DNA of 51,340 bases, filler included, from Basidioascus undulatus (taxonomy: Eukaryota), in the NCBI GenBank assembly GCA_000826855.1. It is 3 parts of 3 records of this genome, joined end to end, with 100 filler letters (N's around TTAATTAATTAA, not from the genome) between each part and the next. Parts side by side here need not be neighbours in the genome. Positions count along the whole stretch, not along the records: positions 17,171 to 34,213 come from JTLS01000551.1; positions 34,314 to 51,340 come from JTLS01000552.1; 1 more part is not named here. One strand, given 5' to 3'. Positions 24,365 to 36,376 of the stretch are shown piece after piece. Every line of letters begins with the position of its first letter. The stretch's first letter is position 1. Under the pieces are notes generated by a model, which searched no databases, was not told where the DNA came from, and saw only the letters and a program-made list of their open reading frames with translations. Both the position numbers and the translations under genes were made by a program.

Positions 24365-26912
24365 TCAAAGCAGACTAAGGGCATATGCCGACAGCACGCT
24401 ATCCAGCGGAAAAGCGCACGCCACAGCACCGCACCTCCGCGTCACTCAAAGTCGAGAGAAGGGGAAGAGAACTGCGAGCGGACGCACGTCATGGAAAAGA
24501 GCATCAGGATGTACTGAGGCACGAGGAACGCGCTGATGGTGTCCGTGTTGCCTGGGCGCGAGAGTAATGGATCAGCATACAGCGCCAGGAATGAGGACGG
24601 TACGAGCATGACCGACCGTCTGGCGCGACGATGGATGTGAGTACAATCTGGGTCGTTGCTGTTGGTAACGCGGACATGAACTTTGATAGTCGCACGTGCG
24701 TAACGTGAGCACCTCCGTCGGGACGACGCTTTTAAGAAAAAGCAAACGACTCGCCATGCACACGAAACGGAGCGGCTTGTTCTCCGGGTCGATGAGGGTG
24801 GTGTGGTACGTCAGGGCCTGGACCTAAAGAATATGTGGAGCATCAGCAGAGCAGGTTTGAATTGGGTGCAACCGAGAAGGGCCAGTTTCGTACGAATGCA
24901 ACGCCGATGATCGGCCCGACGCAGACTTTCAGGACTGCAAGTGACTGGCGGGCGTATACTGCTTGTCAGTACGCTACAGCGGTTGCAAAGCGTTACTTAA
25001 AAGAGAACAAACCAGAATAGATCCGAGGGGGAGCTTGGAGATGGGACGCGGAATGTGCAGCCGACCTAAAGAAGCACCCAAGACGATCCTGTTGTGGTTG
25101 AAACAAGCGTCAGCAAATCCAGTAGACGATGCGAAGTCTTTAGTGCTCACAGGCCAAGAGGAACGGACGCTCCGGACACGAATTTGGCGGTGTCGAAAAT
25201 GAAAGACAACGGTGGCTGCGGCTGGCTGTAAGCCGCTGTAAAAGACGCGGGAGAGACGGCGAAACTCACGTTTCCATCCGGTGCCATAGGAATGTTCGTT
25301 CCTTCGACTTCGACAAAGAGGGCCTGCTCTACCAGTTAGCAATTTTGAACATATGTTGGAGAATGCAGGAAGATTGGGCGACCTTGAGTGGCTGCACGAG
25401 CGCAACGATGAGGGAGCAGGCCAGCGAGATGGTAGCGGGGGTCATGAGTGAGCGCAAGAAGGAGATCAAAGTGCGCAAGGCCTTTTCCTTGATCGTCTTC
25501 GGTTGCTTTGAAGTCCCCTTGTCGCCGAGAAGAATGGGCGGGGAGGGCTTGTCCTCCTTCGGCGTCCGAGTGGCCTCGTCGCCGTCGTACAGAGTCGACG
25601 TTGGTCCGGCCCAATCCGACTGCTGCGCTACCGTAGAGTCGTGCATTGATGTAGCACGGCTCAAGCCGGGACGTCGCGGAGAGGGGGACTGATCGGCCTC
25701 GAGGTCCGGCGCGAAATCGACCTTGTGCACATGCGCGAGAGGAGGCGGGGAGGGCGCCGACGGTGGTGGGAGCGGCGCAAGCTCGAGCTCTTCAGGCATT
25801 GGTCGGTCGGCGTCAACTGCGGCGGCAGACCGGCGGCGGTTGCGAAGCGTTGTCACCCGGACCTGAAGCCGCCGCTGCCATTTCGGGGCAATGGGGGCTT
25901 CGTCGGCTGCCGCGTCAGGCTCGTAATCCCGGTAGTCCCTCTCAAGAAGATGATTGCCGCCGAGGGGAAACAGTGTGACGAAAAATACGAGAATGAAAAT
26001 GCCGACATATGCGCTGCAGTCCTTCTCTACGTTAACGATGATAAAGGAAGAAATCTCTGAGGAGAGACACGCACACGCTCAGCGTCGCATCACTGCCGTC
26101 CTCCTTGAAGGGCGCGCCGGCGGTGATGGCCATGATGATGGCATTCTGAGGCAGCGCGCAGCACTGTGTCAGTTTGACGTGGTAGCGAGGTTCTCGGAAA
26201 GTACTTGCGGGTAGATCGCCAACGTTACCCCCTACAGGCAAAGCAGAGCGGCGTGAGCTGATCAATCTGGATTCCGTATTTTCACGTCTGCACGTACATC
26301 CACCCTAGTGAAAGAAACGCATTTGTAGTCAGTACGACCGCTTGACTGCACTGAGGCACGAAGAGCGACGCGTCCGATACTCACCGCTACCAGGATACCG
26401 TGCCGGAATCGCGTGGGCACGTAGAACAATGTCCGCGCGATGATCGCCCAAACAATTCCCATTGCCTGGTAGAAGCATGCCACGAACAGCAGCGTGCCTA
26501 TCGACGCGACGTTGTCGGGCGTGAATGAGGGGACCATGCTGCATTTGACAACTATAGAACGTCAGTAATTCGGATCATCGGATGATACGCTCAATCAACT
26601 TACCTAGCGAAAAGTAGACAAGGTAGAGTGATATTCTACACAGGAATTGTTGTCAACACGAAAATTGAACATAGGCGCGACGAACTCGACGTACCATGAT
26701 GATTTGCGAGATGCCTCGACTCGTGCCGACTGAGAGCAGGTCCTTACGAGCCATTACAAACCCAAACCCGGCTGAGAGTATCCTACAGAGGCGATCAAAG
26801 GGAATGCAAAATGCGTTAGGACCTATCAGCAAGTGATGACCCTGAGCCGAAAGCCTCACAGCTTCAACATGGGCTTGACCGCAATGAAGACGAGATCTCC
26901 GATTGAAACCAT
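24365..26912 (-). CDS. Auxin efflux carrier (PIN-LIKES/Ecm3-like) membrane transporter
   Basis: MVSIGDLVFIAVKPMLK...NITLPCLLFA..VPSFTPDN...GNVGDLP...AYVGIF...LMTPATISL...LGASLGRL...LKVCVGPIIGV...FMSALPTATTQIVLT...FLVPQYIL; last exon VLSAYALSLL* with stop at 24365-24367. Confidence 0.87.
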
Positions 26913-28101
26913 GATGGTCTCGAAACGTATTGATTGAGATAGAGCAAGGTATCGGATGGAAAGGCAGAGACGAGAAGCGTTGGATGGAAAGAGAGCGGCG
27001 AGCGAGGAAGCTGGGGGATGATAAGCGAAGCCTCTGCGATAGCGATATTATCAGCATATCGCGACAATCAGGTTGAGGGAACGGCCATAATTTTACCATG
27101 CATACCAATGCAACAGGGAGTGATAACAAGCTGTGGAGATGGGTTGGGAAAGAGGGCAAGGCGAGATTCCCGAGTCAAATGTGAGCTCGCTTGATCGGAC
27201 CGAGTTTCCGAGGTGTCAGGGCCAGACAGGTTCTTTCAACTGTCACTTGGCGACTTGAATAACTTGAGGAACCCAAGGGAACCATTGATAACCCGTGAAA
27301 AGCTTGAGCTCTGTGTTGAAGTGCGCTAGAATGGGCTGTATGAGACCGTTGAGGAACTTGGGCTTCGGTGAGCTCGCGTGCAGCACAGGAGACCGAGGTC
27401 CCCCCCGCCGCCGCCAGCGATGCACAGGTTTGCACCCAGATCTACCAGAACTTTCCGCTTTCAGATGCCCTTCTAGTCCCAAGGTTGTCCTATAGCAGCT
27501 ATAACAAGCGCAGTGCATTCGACTCGTGAAAGCGTGCATGCGGTGGGTTTGCATTCATGTATCAGTCTCAAAGAGAGCAGTTGTCTCTCCTGGGGATAGC
27601 AGAAGTCTTCGGAATTAAAATGTCTTAGGTTGATGTTTGAGCTTATTAAATGTTTGTAGCAAAAGGGGGTCGCAAGTAGCATGCCATGAGCAAGTGTCGT
27701 CCGAAAGGCAAGCCGCTAGATCGTGCAGTACCACGGCGATAGTGACTTTTTAGCAGAAGGAGGGCTTTTCTTAACACCGGCCTTTTCGCGCAGTGACAGT
27801 CGTGAAGAAACAGCGGTCCGGGTCAGTCATCCTCAACCACAATACCGGGCCGACTTGTAACTGTTGAGCTGTTCGCTCATCAACACTAGCTTTGGTTGGT
27901 TGGCAATTCCTCTTTATTAGCCATGTTTTTTGGGCAGCGTCGATGTTCTCTACACGATAAGTACACGGGTGGCGTCTGCAATGACGTCCTTCGCACTGTA
28001 CAGATCGCACTTTCGATGCATCGGACGTACCAGCTGGCGAACCCCTTGACCTTCAATCACCATATTCTTAAAAAAGTTATCCCACGTCTGAGGAACTGAG
28101 C

Positions 28102-30350
28102 ATGGGCGCTCCGAATCCTCGTATTGCCGTCGCGCTCCTGCGCCGCGATCTTCGACTCCACAACCATCCTGTTGTCGCGCTACTCGAGCAAGTGCAACGA
28201 CCTCACATACGTCCTCCCGGTTTACGTCTTCAACGAGCGTCAGGTCGAGCTCGATGCGGTTCGCGAGTACGAGCGGCCGGAAGGGAAAGGCGAGGCTTGC
28301 AGCGAGGTCGCAGGGTACTGGAGGACTGGGCCGAAACAAGTTCGTTGAGTTAACACCTGCGTTTTCTGTGAGTCTCAATCCTTGACCGTTTTGGAGCCCA
28401 GGTTGTTGGTCGAGACTGTTTTGCACCTCCGTTCCTCTTTGAGGTCTCGATCTTCCGACCTGGCGATCCTGTTTGGCGCGCCGCATCGCAGCCTCCCATC
28501 CCTCCTTGGGGCGCTGCAGACCCACTCGATCAAGCCGCATATCGCCGGCGTATATCTTCACCACGAGTCGACCACAGAAGAATCTCTCTTTCAGAGTGCT
28601 GGCTCTCCGCTCCCCGAGGCGTTATGGAAGGGCTATTCGGCTCGGACAGGAGCCAGAAAGACGTCTTCTCCGAACTGCTCAAACTGCTTCTCGATGCGCC
28701 GGGCTTCGGGCAGTCGAAGGATGCCGGGAACGCCTCTCCTCACCCGCTGTCAGCCGTTCCGTTCCACGGCGGGGAGGCGGAGGCGCTAAAGCGCGTAGAA
28801 GAGTACCTTTCCACTGCGCGGGCTTCCAACAGCGTTCCCACCCGGCGTTACTTACAAGAAGACTCGAAACGGGTAGGGCACATCGTTGAACAATCGTGAC
28901 GCATACAACTGACACCAGGTCCACCGCAGATTACTCGGCGTCGATGTCTCGTCCAAGTTATCCCGTTTTCTTGCTCTCGGGGCCGTTTCCCCGCGCCGGA
29001 TCTATTCCCTCATCCAAAAGCTGGACGCTGAGCTCAACAAAGGTGTCGATAAGACAGCGGGAGCTGTGCCGAAGGGGAGGGAGTTGGGAACCTACTGGCT
29101 GACATTCGAGTGCGTGTTTGTTTGCTTCTCCTTCACCGACTTCTAAATGCTATTTTGACACCGTAAGTTACTCTGGCGAGACTTCTTCTTCTTCGTCGCC
29201 GAAAAATTCGGTACTTCGATGTTCACGCTTGGTAGGTAGCATCCTGCTCTCCGGTAACCACTCCCGTTGCTATCCTTTCTGACTTGGAATGTGCTGAGGG
29301 GGTGGGGAGTCTCTGCGTCCGGAGGAGGCCAAGAAGAAAAAGAACGCATGGAAAGGGGTCGAGCGCGCCTGCAACTGCATCGAAGGCGGAACTGGTGAGT
29401 TGGAAAACTGTTCGCGGACTGGACAAGCACACTCACGTTTCTCTACGCATCTTCAGGGATTCCATTCATCGACGCAGCCCAACCAGAGTTATTGAAACCG
29501 GGTGAGTGGCAACGCCCATTCTTCTCAAGTATCGTGACTCACTCCTGCTTCGATAGCTACATGAACAATCGCGCGAGGCACGTTTGCGCTTTTTACCCTG
29601 TGCGACTCAAGTTCCGACATCCAGTCTACAGGGAGAACGTGGCGTCCTTTCTGTCGAAAGACTTGTACGTCGACTGGCGCGTGGGCGCCGAGTTCTTCGA
29701 AAGCCACCTGCTCGACCAGTACGACTGCCGTCTTTTCTTACGCTTTCTTATTCATGAAACGCGTGCTGATTCACCTCTGGAACAGCGAACCCGCAAGCAA
29801 CATGGTGATGCTCTCTATTTTACCTGCTCGCGAAGACCCCTAGTCTGACTACCTTGCCTTTGTCCTGAATCAAGGTAACTGACAGTACTGCGCCGGCGTC
29901 GGTACGTCAGTTCACTGAGAAGACTTATCTTCTTCGAGACTCCTGCTCATCACATTCTTACCTCACTGCAGGGGATGATCCCCGGGCCTCTCGATACTTC
30001 AACGTCATCAAGCGTTCGACGTGCGTCTCGTTTTTCAAATCCTCTTCCGCACACTCATGTTCTTTCCCTCCAGTACGGTGGTAGGGCGAGTATGTCTGAA
30101 GGTGGCTCCCTTTCCTCGCCAACACGCCAACAGATCACGTCCACGTGCCGTGGCTGCAGTCGGACGCGGACTGGAGCAGTGGGGACTACCCGCATGAGCC
30201 AATCGTGGAGATGGAGAATGCACTATAGCCGGTTTGGGAGAACATCCGCCGGTATCAAAGAGGGTGAAAGGGGCGTAAAGGAGGGGAAGCACAGCGTAGG
30301 GGCAGAGGACGAGCCAGGGGGAAGAAGGGTCAGCGGGCAGTGCCGTAGGG
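28102..30350 (+). pseudogene. Cryptochrome-DASH / photolyase family pseudogene
   Basis: RRDLRLHNHP, LPVYVF, PFHGGEAEAL, TYKKTRNGLLG..SSKLS, YWLTFELLWRDFF, GIPFIDA, YMNNRARENVASFLSKDL..DWRVGAEFFES and AGVG.DPR are all present. They are broken by frameshifts (~28170, ~28845, ~29490, ~30012) and in-frame TGA codons at 29880-29882 (GN*QY) and 30097-30099 (EYV*RWLP). Confidence 0.87.
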
Positions 30351-31159
30351 AAACGATTAGGACTCCGAGAATGAGCCGGACGGTGCTAGAATACCAGGCG
30401 TATTAGAGGTGCAGATTCAGTGACGGCTGCTTTAACAGAACCTGTGTGCGTGTCGTATTCAGAGCTTGTGGTCTTCTCTCTTCGGCAGAACTGTATGTGG
30501 GTGAAAGAGCGGGGCAGCTTGAAAGCATTGTACTTCGCAGGCCACCAGAGCTCAGAGAAAGAGCACGGGGTACTTTTGAAAATAGAACGAAGGAATAAAG
30601 GAGGACAGGATGCAGTCATGGCATACTCCAGCTGCATTGTAAGTCCTCCTGAGTCATTTGTTTGCCTAGGTCCGAATGGTAAAAGTGCAGCATGGTCGCA
30701 ATCCAAGCCTGTCCGCAAGATCCCAGTAGTTCAGATCGGAACCTCGTCCCCCTATCCGACTGAGCCTTTATTGATCAACGACCGGCAACGGAAGAACGGA
30801 TGGAGCGTTCATGCATGGGCAACGCGCTGAACATGCGCACACAATTGGGGACTACGCTTTCAAAATGAACTCAAAAGTGTGTACTAACATTCTCAATGTG
30901 GCCGGCACTGACTTCAAGCTAAATTTCCTCACAGACGTGGACCACTGCAATGCCGACAGGAATTTCCATAGGCCAATAGCTAAGGCGAAGAACACCCCGG
31001 CTGTGATGACCTTTTGCTGGCGTCCCTGAACTGAGTTTGCGAGTGACACTGCTGTGTTGCTGTGCAGGGCCATGCTGTCATTCTATTCATCCCCAGGCCG
31101 CGCGCGTTAACGGGCCGTGTGCGGCGCACGGCGTGCATGAACCCGGTGCTCGCGGCACC

Positions 31160-32415
31160 ATGCTCTTCTACCTTCGACCACCACCACCATCACCGATCAC
31201 AACTCTGACAGTGTCTCGGAACGTCTCGTACTTATCATGCCTTCAGCTCCATGTCGAGACCGTTGGCGAAAGAGATCCACGGGTCATCGTGGCGCGGAAG
31301 GCCACCGGCAACGCGGCGTACGATCAGCTCGGGCTCTCGGTGCAGAGGGGGTTCGGGGTGACGAAGTTCTCAGGGGTCATGCTAGGCGGACAAGGCCATA
31401 TCAAAAAGCTTTTTGCTGACGAGCTCCGTATAGGGGAGCTACTGATCATCGTTTGCACTCTTGAGCACACGCTCCTGCTCCGCAGTGGGGCGATCAGCAC
31501 TGCCTTCGTCGATTTTCAATCACTGTTTCCGCCTGGCATGGTACCTGAGGATCCCCCTCACGCCATATTTCTGGAGATTTTCGACGACGAAACTCCCCCT
31601 TCGCTTGCCCCAGAGAATTTGAAGAACCTCTGTGCGTCTGCGATTGCCGAGTTGAGGGATTTTGCTGGAGACGCCGCTCCGCAAGTCGTCGACATAGGGC
31701 AACACGAGCGCATCCCCCCAGAGGCGGCTGTCATTGTCGATTGGGATGGTTCTGTGCACTTGCTTCTCCTAGAACCGCCGGCATTTGCGGTGCGCCTTGC
31801 CAACCCCGACGAGAACGCACCTCGCGTGGAAGATCTTCACTTCGCATTTATCCAAGTAATTTTGTTTACTGACCAATCTGAACATTCGGAATGCCCTCAA
31901 AACATATGGGTCCAGTTTTCAAACGACCGTGTTCTTCCTCCGCCTCCTCCCAACGAGCTCACTCGTCTGCTCCTGTGCAAAGCCCGCTTGGGCGAGTCGC
32001 GCGCAAGGTGCTATGAGCGTCTGAGCACCGCATGCTCCAGAGCCGGCCGCACCCCACGGCTAAACTTGCCTGAACTGTGTGCGACGACATTTACGAAATT
32101 CTGTAACACCCGTGGTGTGAGGTCTGCGGCGTCCCTTGCACACAAGCTTGCCAGGCTTGCAGGGGGCAACATGCTGCTCGGCCGCACACCAGCGGGCGGA
32201 CTGGCCGAAGCACAACGAGCTGAGTGGTATTAAACCTCCTAAAATTTCTCCGTGCCACTTTTCCTGACTGTAGGAAGTGTTATAGGCATATTCTGAAAGG
32301 CGGAAAGCTTTCTCGAGCTCGCAAGTCTGCATCCGACTCGGAGGCTCAAGACCGTCGCTACGGAAGCACCTCATCCATACTGAAGCATCATAACTCCAAA
32401 GAAAAAGAGCCATAA
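31160..32415 (+). other. Long intronless ORF with weak FEN1/XPG/Exo1-like (PIN) motif spacing, probably degenerate
   Basis: 358-aa ORF from the ATG at ~31160 to 32233, plausibly continuing after a -1 shift (VVLNLLKFLRATFPDC). Motif-like segments are VMLGGQGHIKKLFADELR, VVDIGQHE and AVIVDWDGSVHLLLL. Confidence 0.35.
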
Positions 32416-32956
32416 ATATACCCTTCGGTCAATTTGTGCTCTCGACCGTCACTCGCAGGTCGACTACCAGAAACTTACTGTGTGGAACAAGCAGAGGTCT
32501 GAGCGTTTCAGCTTCTAATGCACCTTTTAAATCGGAAGACAGAGGGTTTCAGGCTGATCTGGGCAGCAAAAACAATGCCCACGCGCGCTCTTTGCGTTGC
32601 AGCACTCAGGCCCCGCCCGTGTCTTCCCGCTTCTTTGGTTTGTTCCTGCAATTCGCGGACGAGATCTTCATCGTAGTTGTATGTAACATGGCTTCTCGTG
32701 GAACTGTCTACAGAGGAATCCCCAGAGAAAAGCGGCCTTGTCAAGACAACCATGCAGCTTCGAGAAGATGCAGCACGCACTCCGCACACACCTACGCGCC
32801 ATAACGAGATGCCGGATTCCATGATACCCACAAGAGCTCGCAACCGATCAGTCTCTAAACCTCGAGCGCCTCTTCCATCCGTCCTTCCCCGCAATCCATC
32901 AGCCGACAACCCTCCAGTGTTCCAACACAGCGCGTCCAAGCCCACCCCAAACTCCC

Positions 32957-33761
32957 TCACCGCCGCTTCCTCCCTTTTTCCCTCTCCACCGCGCCCCGTC
33001 CCAAACCCGCGAACCAAGCGCACCTATTCCGCTCCGCAATTAGTCACTAGTAAACAGAGAAAAGACATCGAGGAAGTGTGTGTGTGAGAGGGTGAGAGGG
33101 ACGTACCTCCCCAAAAAGAGCATCGCCGTCGCCCCGACGTTGCCCCACATGTGTGCGTTCCATGTCTGTGGGCTGAGAGCGAAGGAGGAGGGAAGGGGGA
33201 GGAGGGTGAGAACGATACTATTTCTTCTCTCTATCAGTAACTCTCTCCCTCTCCTTAGAAGGAAGGTTAGAAGACGGACTGGGTGATCTACCACCCCGAT
33301 CCGCATCAGTACGCAAGGGCGGAACAGGGAAAGGGAGAAGGAGGGACGGGTACGCACATCAGCGATCGCCAGCGCCAGCAGCAGCGCGCGCACCACCACC
33401 TCCTGCGCGGCGGGGTCGCGGACGTGTGTCCGCACTGCGCGGAGCCCGAGGGAGGAGAGGAGGGCGAGGAGGAAATAACCTGTTCCCTAGTGTTCAGCTC
33501 ATCGGTCTGCTTCAAAGAGAAGGGGGAAGAGGGAGGAAAGAAGGAAGGAAACGTACAGTTCCCTAGCTGCCCCACCGCCATGCGCACGCGCATGCGCGCG
33601 GCCTCTCCCAATCCCTCACCCTCAGGGAAGTTGCCCGGTACTAACGCCCCAAAGTACCCAACCGGATCAACCCACGTTGCGATCGCCCCTGTGAGCGTGG
33701 AGAGCGGCTCGAGGGTGAGGAAGAGGAGGGCGTAGGGGGGCGCCAAGGGACGGGGGAACAT
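32957..33761 (-). CDS. Small fungal multi-pass membrane protein (DUF7704-like)
   Basis: Spliced: YALLFLTLEPLSTLTGA...QLGNCYFLLALLSSLGLR...LALAIAD-ITH-IVLT...WNAHMWGNVGATAMLFLGR-CAWFAGLGR...*. Includes an 8-nt micro-exon at 33280-33287. Confidence 0.75.
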
Positions 33762-33769
33762 GAAGAGTT

Positions 33770-33900
33770 CGGGGAGGAGAGGAGAGGAGGGAAGAGGGAG
33801 GGAGGAAGAGAGGAACGGGGGAGTGGGAGAGGGGAAGTAAGGAGGAATAGAGAAAGGAGGGGAAGAGGAAGGGGAAAGGGGAAGCAGGGGCGGGAGAAGC
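33770..33900. repeat. Polypurine/polypyrimidine low-complexity tract
   Basis: About 130 bp that are almost exclusively G/A on the + strand, directly upstream of the ATG of the minus-strand gene. Confidence 0.8.
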
Positions 33901-34213
33901 TGAGGTCATTTTGCACGTATCTGATAAGATGCTGCTTCAGGGCGCACAGAAGCGCAGAAAGATAGCCCTGTTCAGGGCAACACGACAGTGTAAATGCCGA
34001 AAGAAAGGCAGAAACATTCATGAATGCGTCGAGCGAGTCGTAACAAGCCATCATCCACCATCACTCTCCCACCCTCGCAACCTTCCAATCCTGCATTCGT
34101 CCCATCCACTATCCACCTCCTCATCTCCTCTCCACCGCGCCTCACTTCGGCGGCATAAATTCATCATTATCCGGGTCTCCTGTCGCTCCACCTCCCCTGC
34201 CCCTGCCCCTCCC

Positions 34214-34313
34214 NNNNNNNNNNNNNNNNNNNNNNNNNNNNNNNNNNNNNNNNNNNNTTAATTAATTAANNNNNNNNNNNNNNNNNNNNNNNNNNNNNNN
34301 NNNNNNNNNNNNN
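34214..34313. other. Artificial contig spacer (N44-TTAATTAATTAA-N44)
   Basis: Same structure as the spacer at 17071-17170. Confidence 0.97.
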
Positions 34314-36376
34314 TCGGGCACCCCGCCGAGTACGTCGCAGGCGAGGCCGCGACATTCCGCACGACGGGCTCCATCCGCGTGCGCCCTCAGCGCGACGTGG
34401 TAGTTCTCGAGACCGTTGCGGACTGGCTCGGCCGCGACGCAGTCGAGTTCAAGTCGTTCGCGCTCAAAGCCCAGGCGCTCATGGACATCTCGCGTACCCG
34501 CTCTTCGACGCCGACCTCGGACCTCCCTGCGCCCCTGCACGCTCCGCGCGAGCTTCGGTTCACCAGCACCGACCGGACGATCCTCACGCTCCTCGTCGAC
34601 TCGTTGCGCCCAACGCGCAATATCACGCGCGACCCGTATCAGGCGTTGGCGTCCATCGTCCTCAAGCGCGTCGACCCGCACGCCGATATCAACCTTACGT
34701 TCCGCGCCGGCGTCTTCGCTTTTCTGCAGGACATTGGCGTTTTCGCGCCGTGGGAGACGCTCATCCCGCTCTCGGTCGATCTCCATCTGTCTCGCGACAG
34801 CGAGTACACGGAAAGCAACCTGCTTGGGGCGCGCGCGCTCGCCGCCTCGGCTCGCACCACCCGCAGCGCCTCCGTTCCCACACCGATGGGCCCAGAGGAC
34901 GTCTATCTCGTCGATCCGCTCGAGTCGCAACGACACGACTTCGGCTCCCTCCCCGTCTACGTGATCGACGATGCGAGCGCGTCCGAGCTCGACGACGGCA
35001 TCTCGATCGAGCCCGCGCTGCCGGATGGCTCGGTGTGGGTGCACGCGCATATTGCCGACCCTACGTCCCTCCTCCCCCCAACACACCGCCTGTCGACCAT
35101 GGCCTACGAGCGGCACACGACGTCCTACTTCCCCGAGCGGATCTGGCCCATGCTCCCGCACGCGCTTTCGACCGAGCGCTTCTCTCTCGGCGCCGCCGTT
35201 CGCGGGGGCAAGTCGGGCGTGCAGAACTCGATGACGTTCAGCGCGCGGGTGCGCCCCGACGGGACGTGGGAGGAGTACGAGGTCCGCGCCGGCCTCGTGC
35301 GGAACGTTAAGGTCCTCCGCTACGACGACGTCGACCGCGCGCTCGGTTCCCCACCTATCGTCCGCACCTCGCCGCTGCTCGACCCGCCCGAGCTCGTTGC
35401 GCCTCGGCCCGTGCCAGGCGAAGCGCTCGACGACCTTGAGCGCTTGCGCTCCATCGGCGAGGCAATGATGGCCAACCGAGTCGAGAAGGGCGTCATCCAG
35501 TGGAATACCGAGCGACCGACCGTAACCGTCTCGCCCAAGGGTTTGGCGTTGAACCGCTCGCCCGTGACGGAGGACCACGCGTCTACGTTCTGGGACGGTC
35601 GACCGATCGTGTCCATCACGCCGTCCACGAATCCCTTCGGGTCGCCCGCCCGCAGCACCGTCTCATCGATCATGGTCCTCGCCGGGCAGGTCGCAGCGCG
35701 GATGTGCGCCGAGCGCGGCATTCCCGCCCCGTTCCGTGGGAGCAGCGCGCCGCTCGTGCAGAGTCCGGCCGACCTCGACGAGCTTCTCGCTCTCCGCAAC
35801 CCCGTCACGGGCGAGGTGGACCCGGTCGAGGTCGTGCGGCGCAAGATTGCGTTCCAGGCGGGCACGATGGGCGTCACGCCGCTGCCGCACGTCCTCGCCG
35901 GCTGCCCCGACGGCTACGGGCGCGTCACGAGCCCTCTGCGACGCTACACGGACATGGTCTTCCACTGGCAGCTCAAAGCCCATCTCCTCGGCGCGCGCCT
36001 CCCCTTCTCGGCAGACCAGCTCGCTGCGGAGCTCCCGCGCTGGCGCCGCCTCGACGCGACATCCCGCCGCGCGGGCAACATGGCGGCGCGGTACTGGACG
36101 GCGCGCGAGCTCGCACGCCGGTTCGAGGCGGACCGGGACGACAAGTACTCGAATCTCGAGCTCAGGGTCGCCAGCGACTGGGGGTGGTCGGCATCGGCGG
36201 GGGCGGGATCGGTGTCCGCCATGGCTACCGTTCCCGCGCTCGGCGGGCTGGAGGTGCGCTTGCAGCGGATCGACACCGGGAAGGCGGCGAATGCGAGGTT
36301 AGGGGAGACCCTGATGGGCCGCCTCAACAACATACTGCTCAGCGCAAACCCGACGATCGAATTCGTCGAGGCGTAG
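34314..36376 (+). CDS. DSS1: RNB-domain 3'-5' exoribonuclease (mitochondrial Dss1/CYT-4-like), 5'-truncated
   Basis: RHDFGSLPVYVIDDASASELDDGISIE catalytic motif, WVHAHIADPTS, TSYFPERIWPMLP and YGRVTSPLRRYTDMVFHWQLKA. Confidence 0.88.

Noticed and set aside
29880..29882. TGA at a conserved Trp as an A-to-I editing site, readthrough or alternative genetic code
   Set aside because: The same gene has several frameshifts and a second stop, and intact genes use TGG for Trp and TGA as stop.
2085..32415. DNA-repair gene cluster (alkyltransferase, BRCT protein, photolyase, XPG-like ORF)
   Set aside because: The alkyltransferase is on a different contig, and the others are separated by unrelated genes and partly dead or uncertain.
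34262..35578. 438-aa antisense ORF and other long overlapping ORFs across the RNase II gene
   Set aside because: These are shadow frames produced by the high GC3 of the sense gene and carry no motifs.
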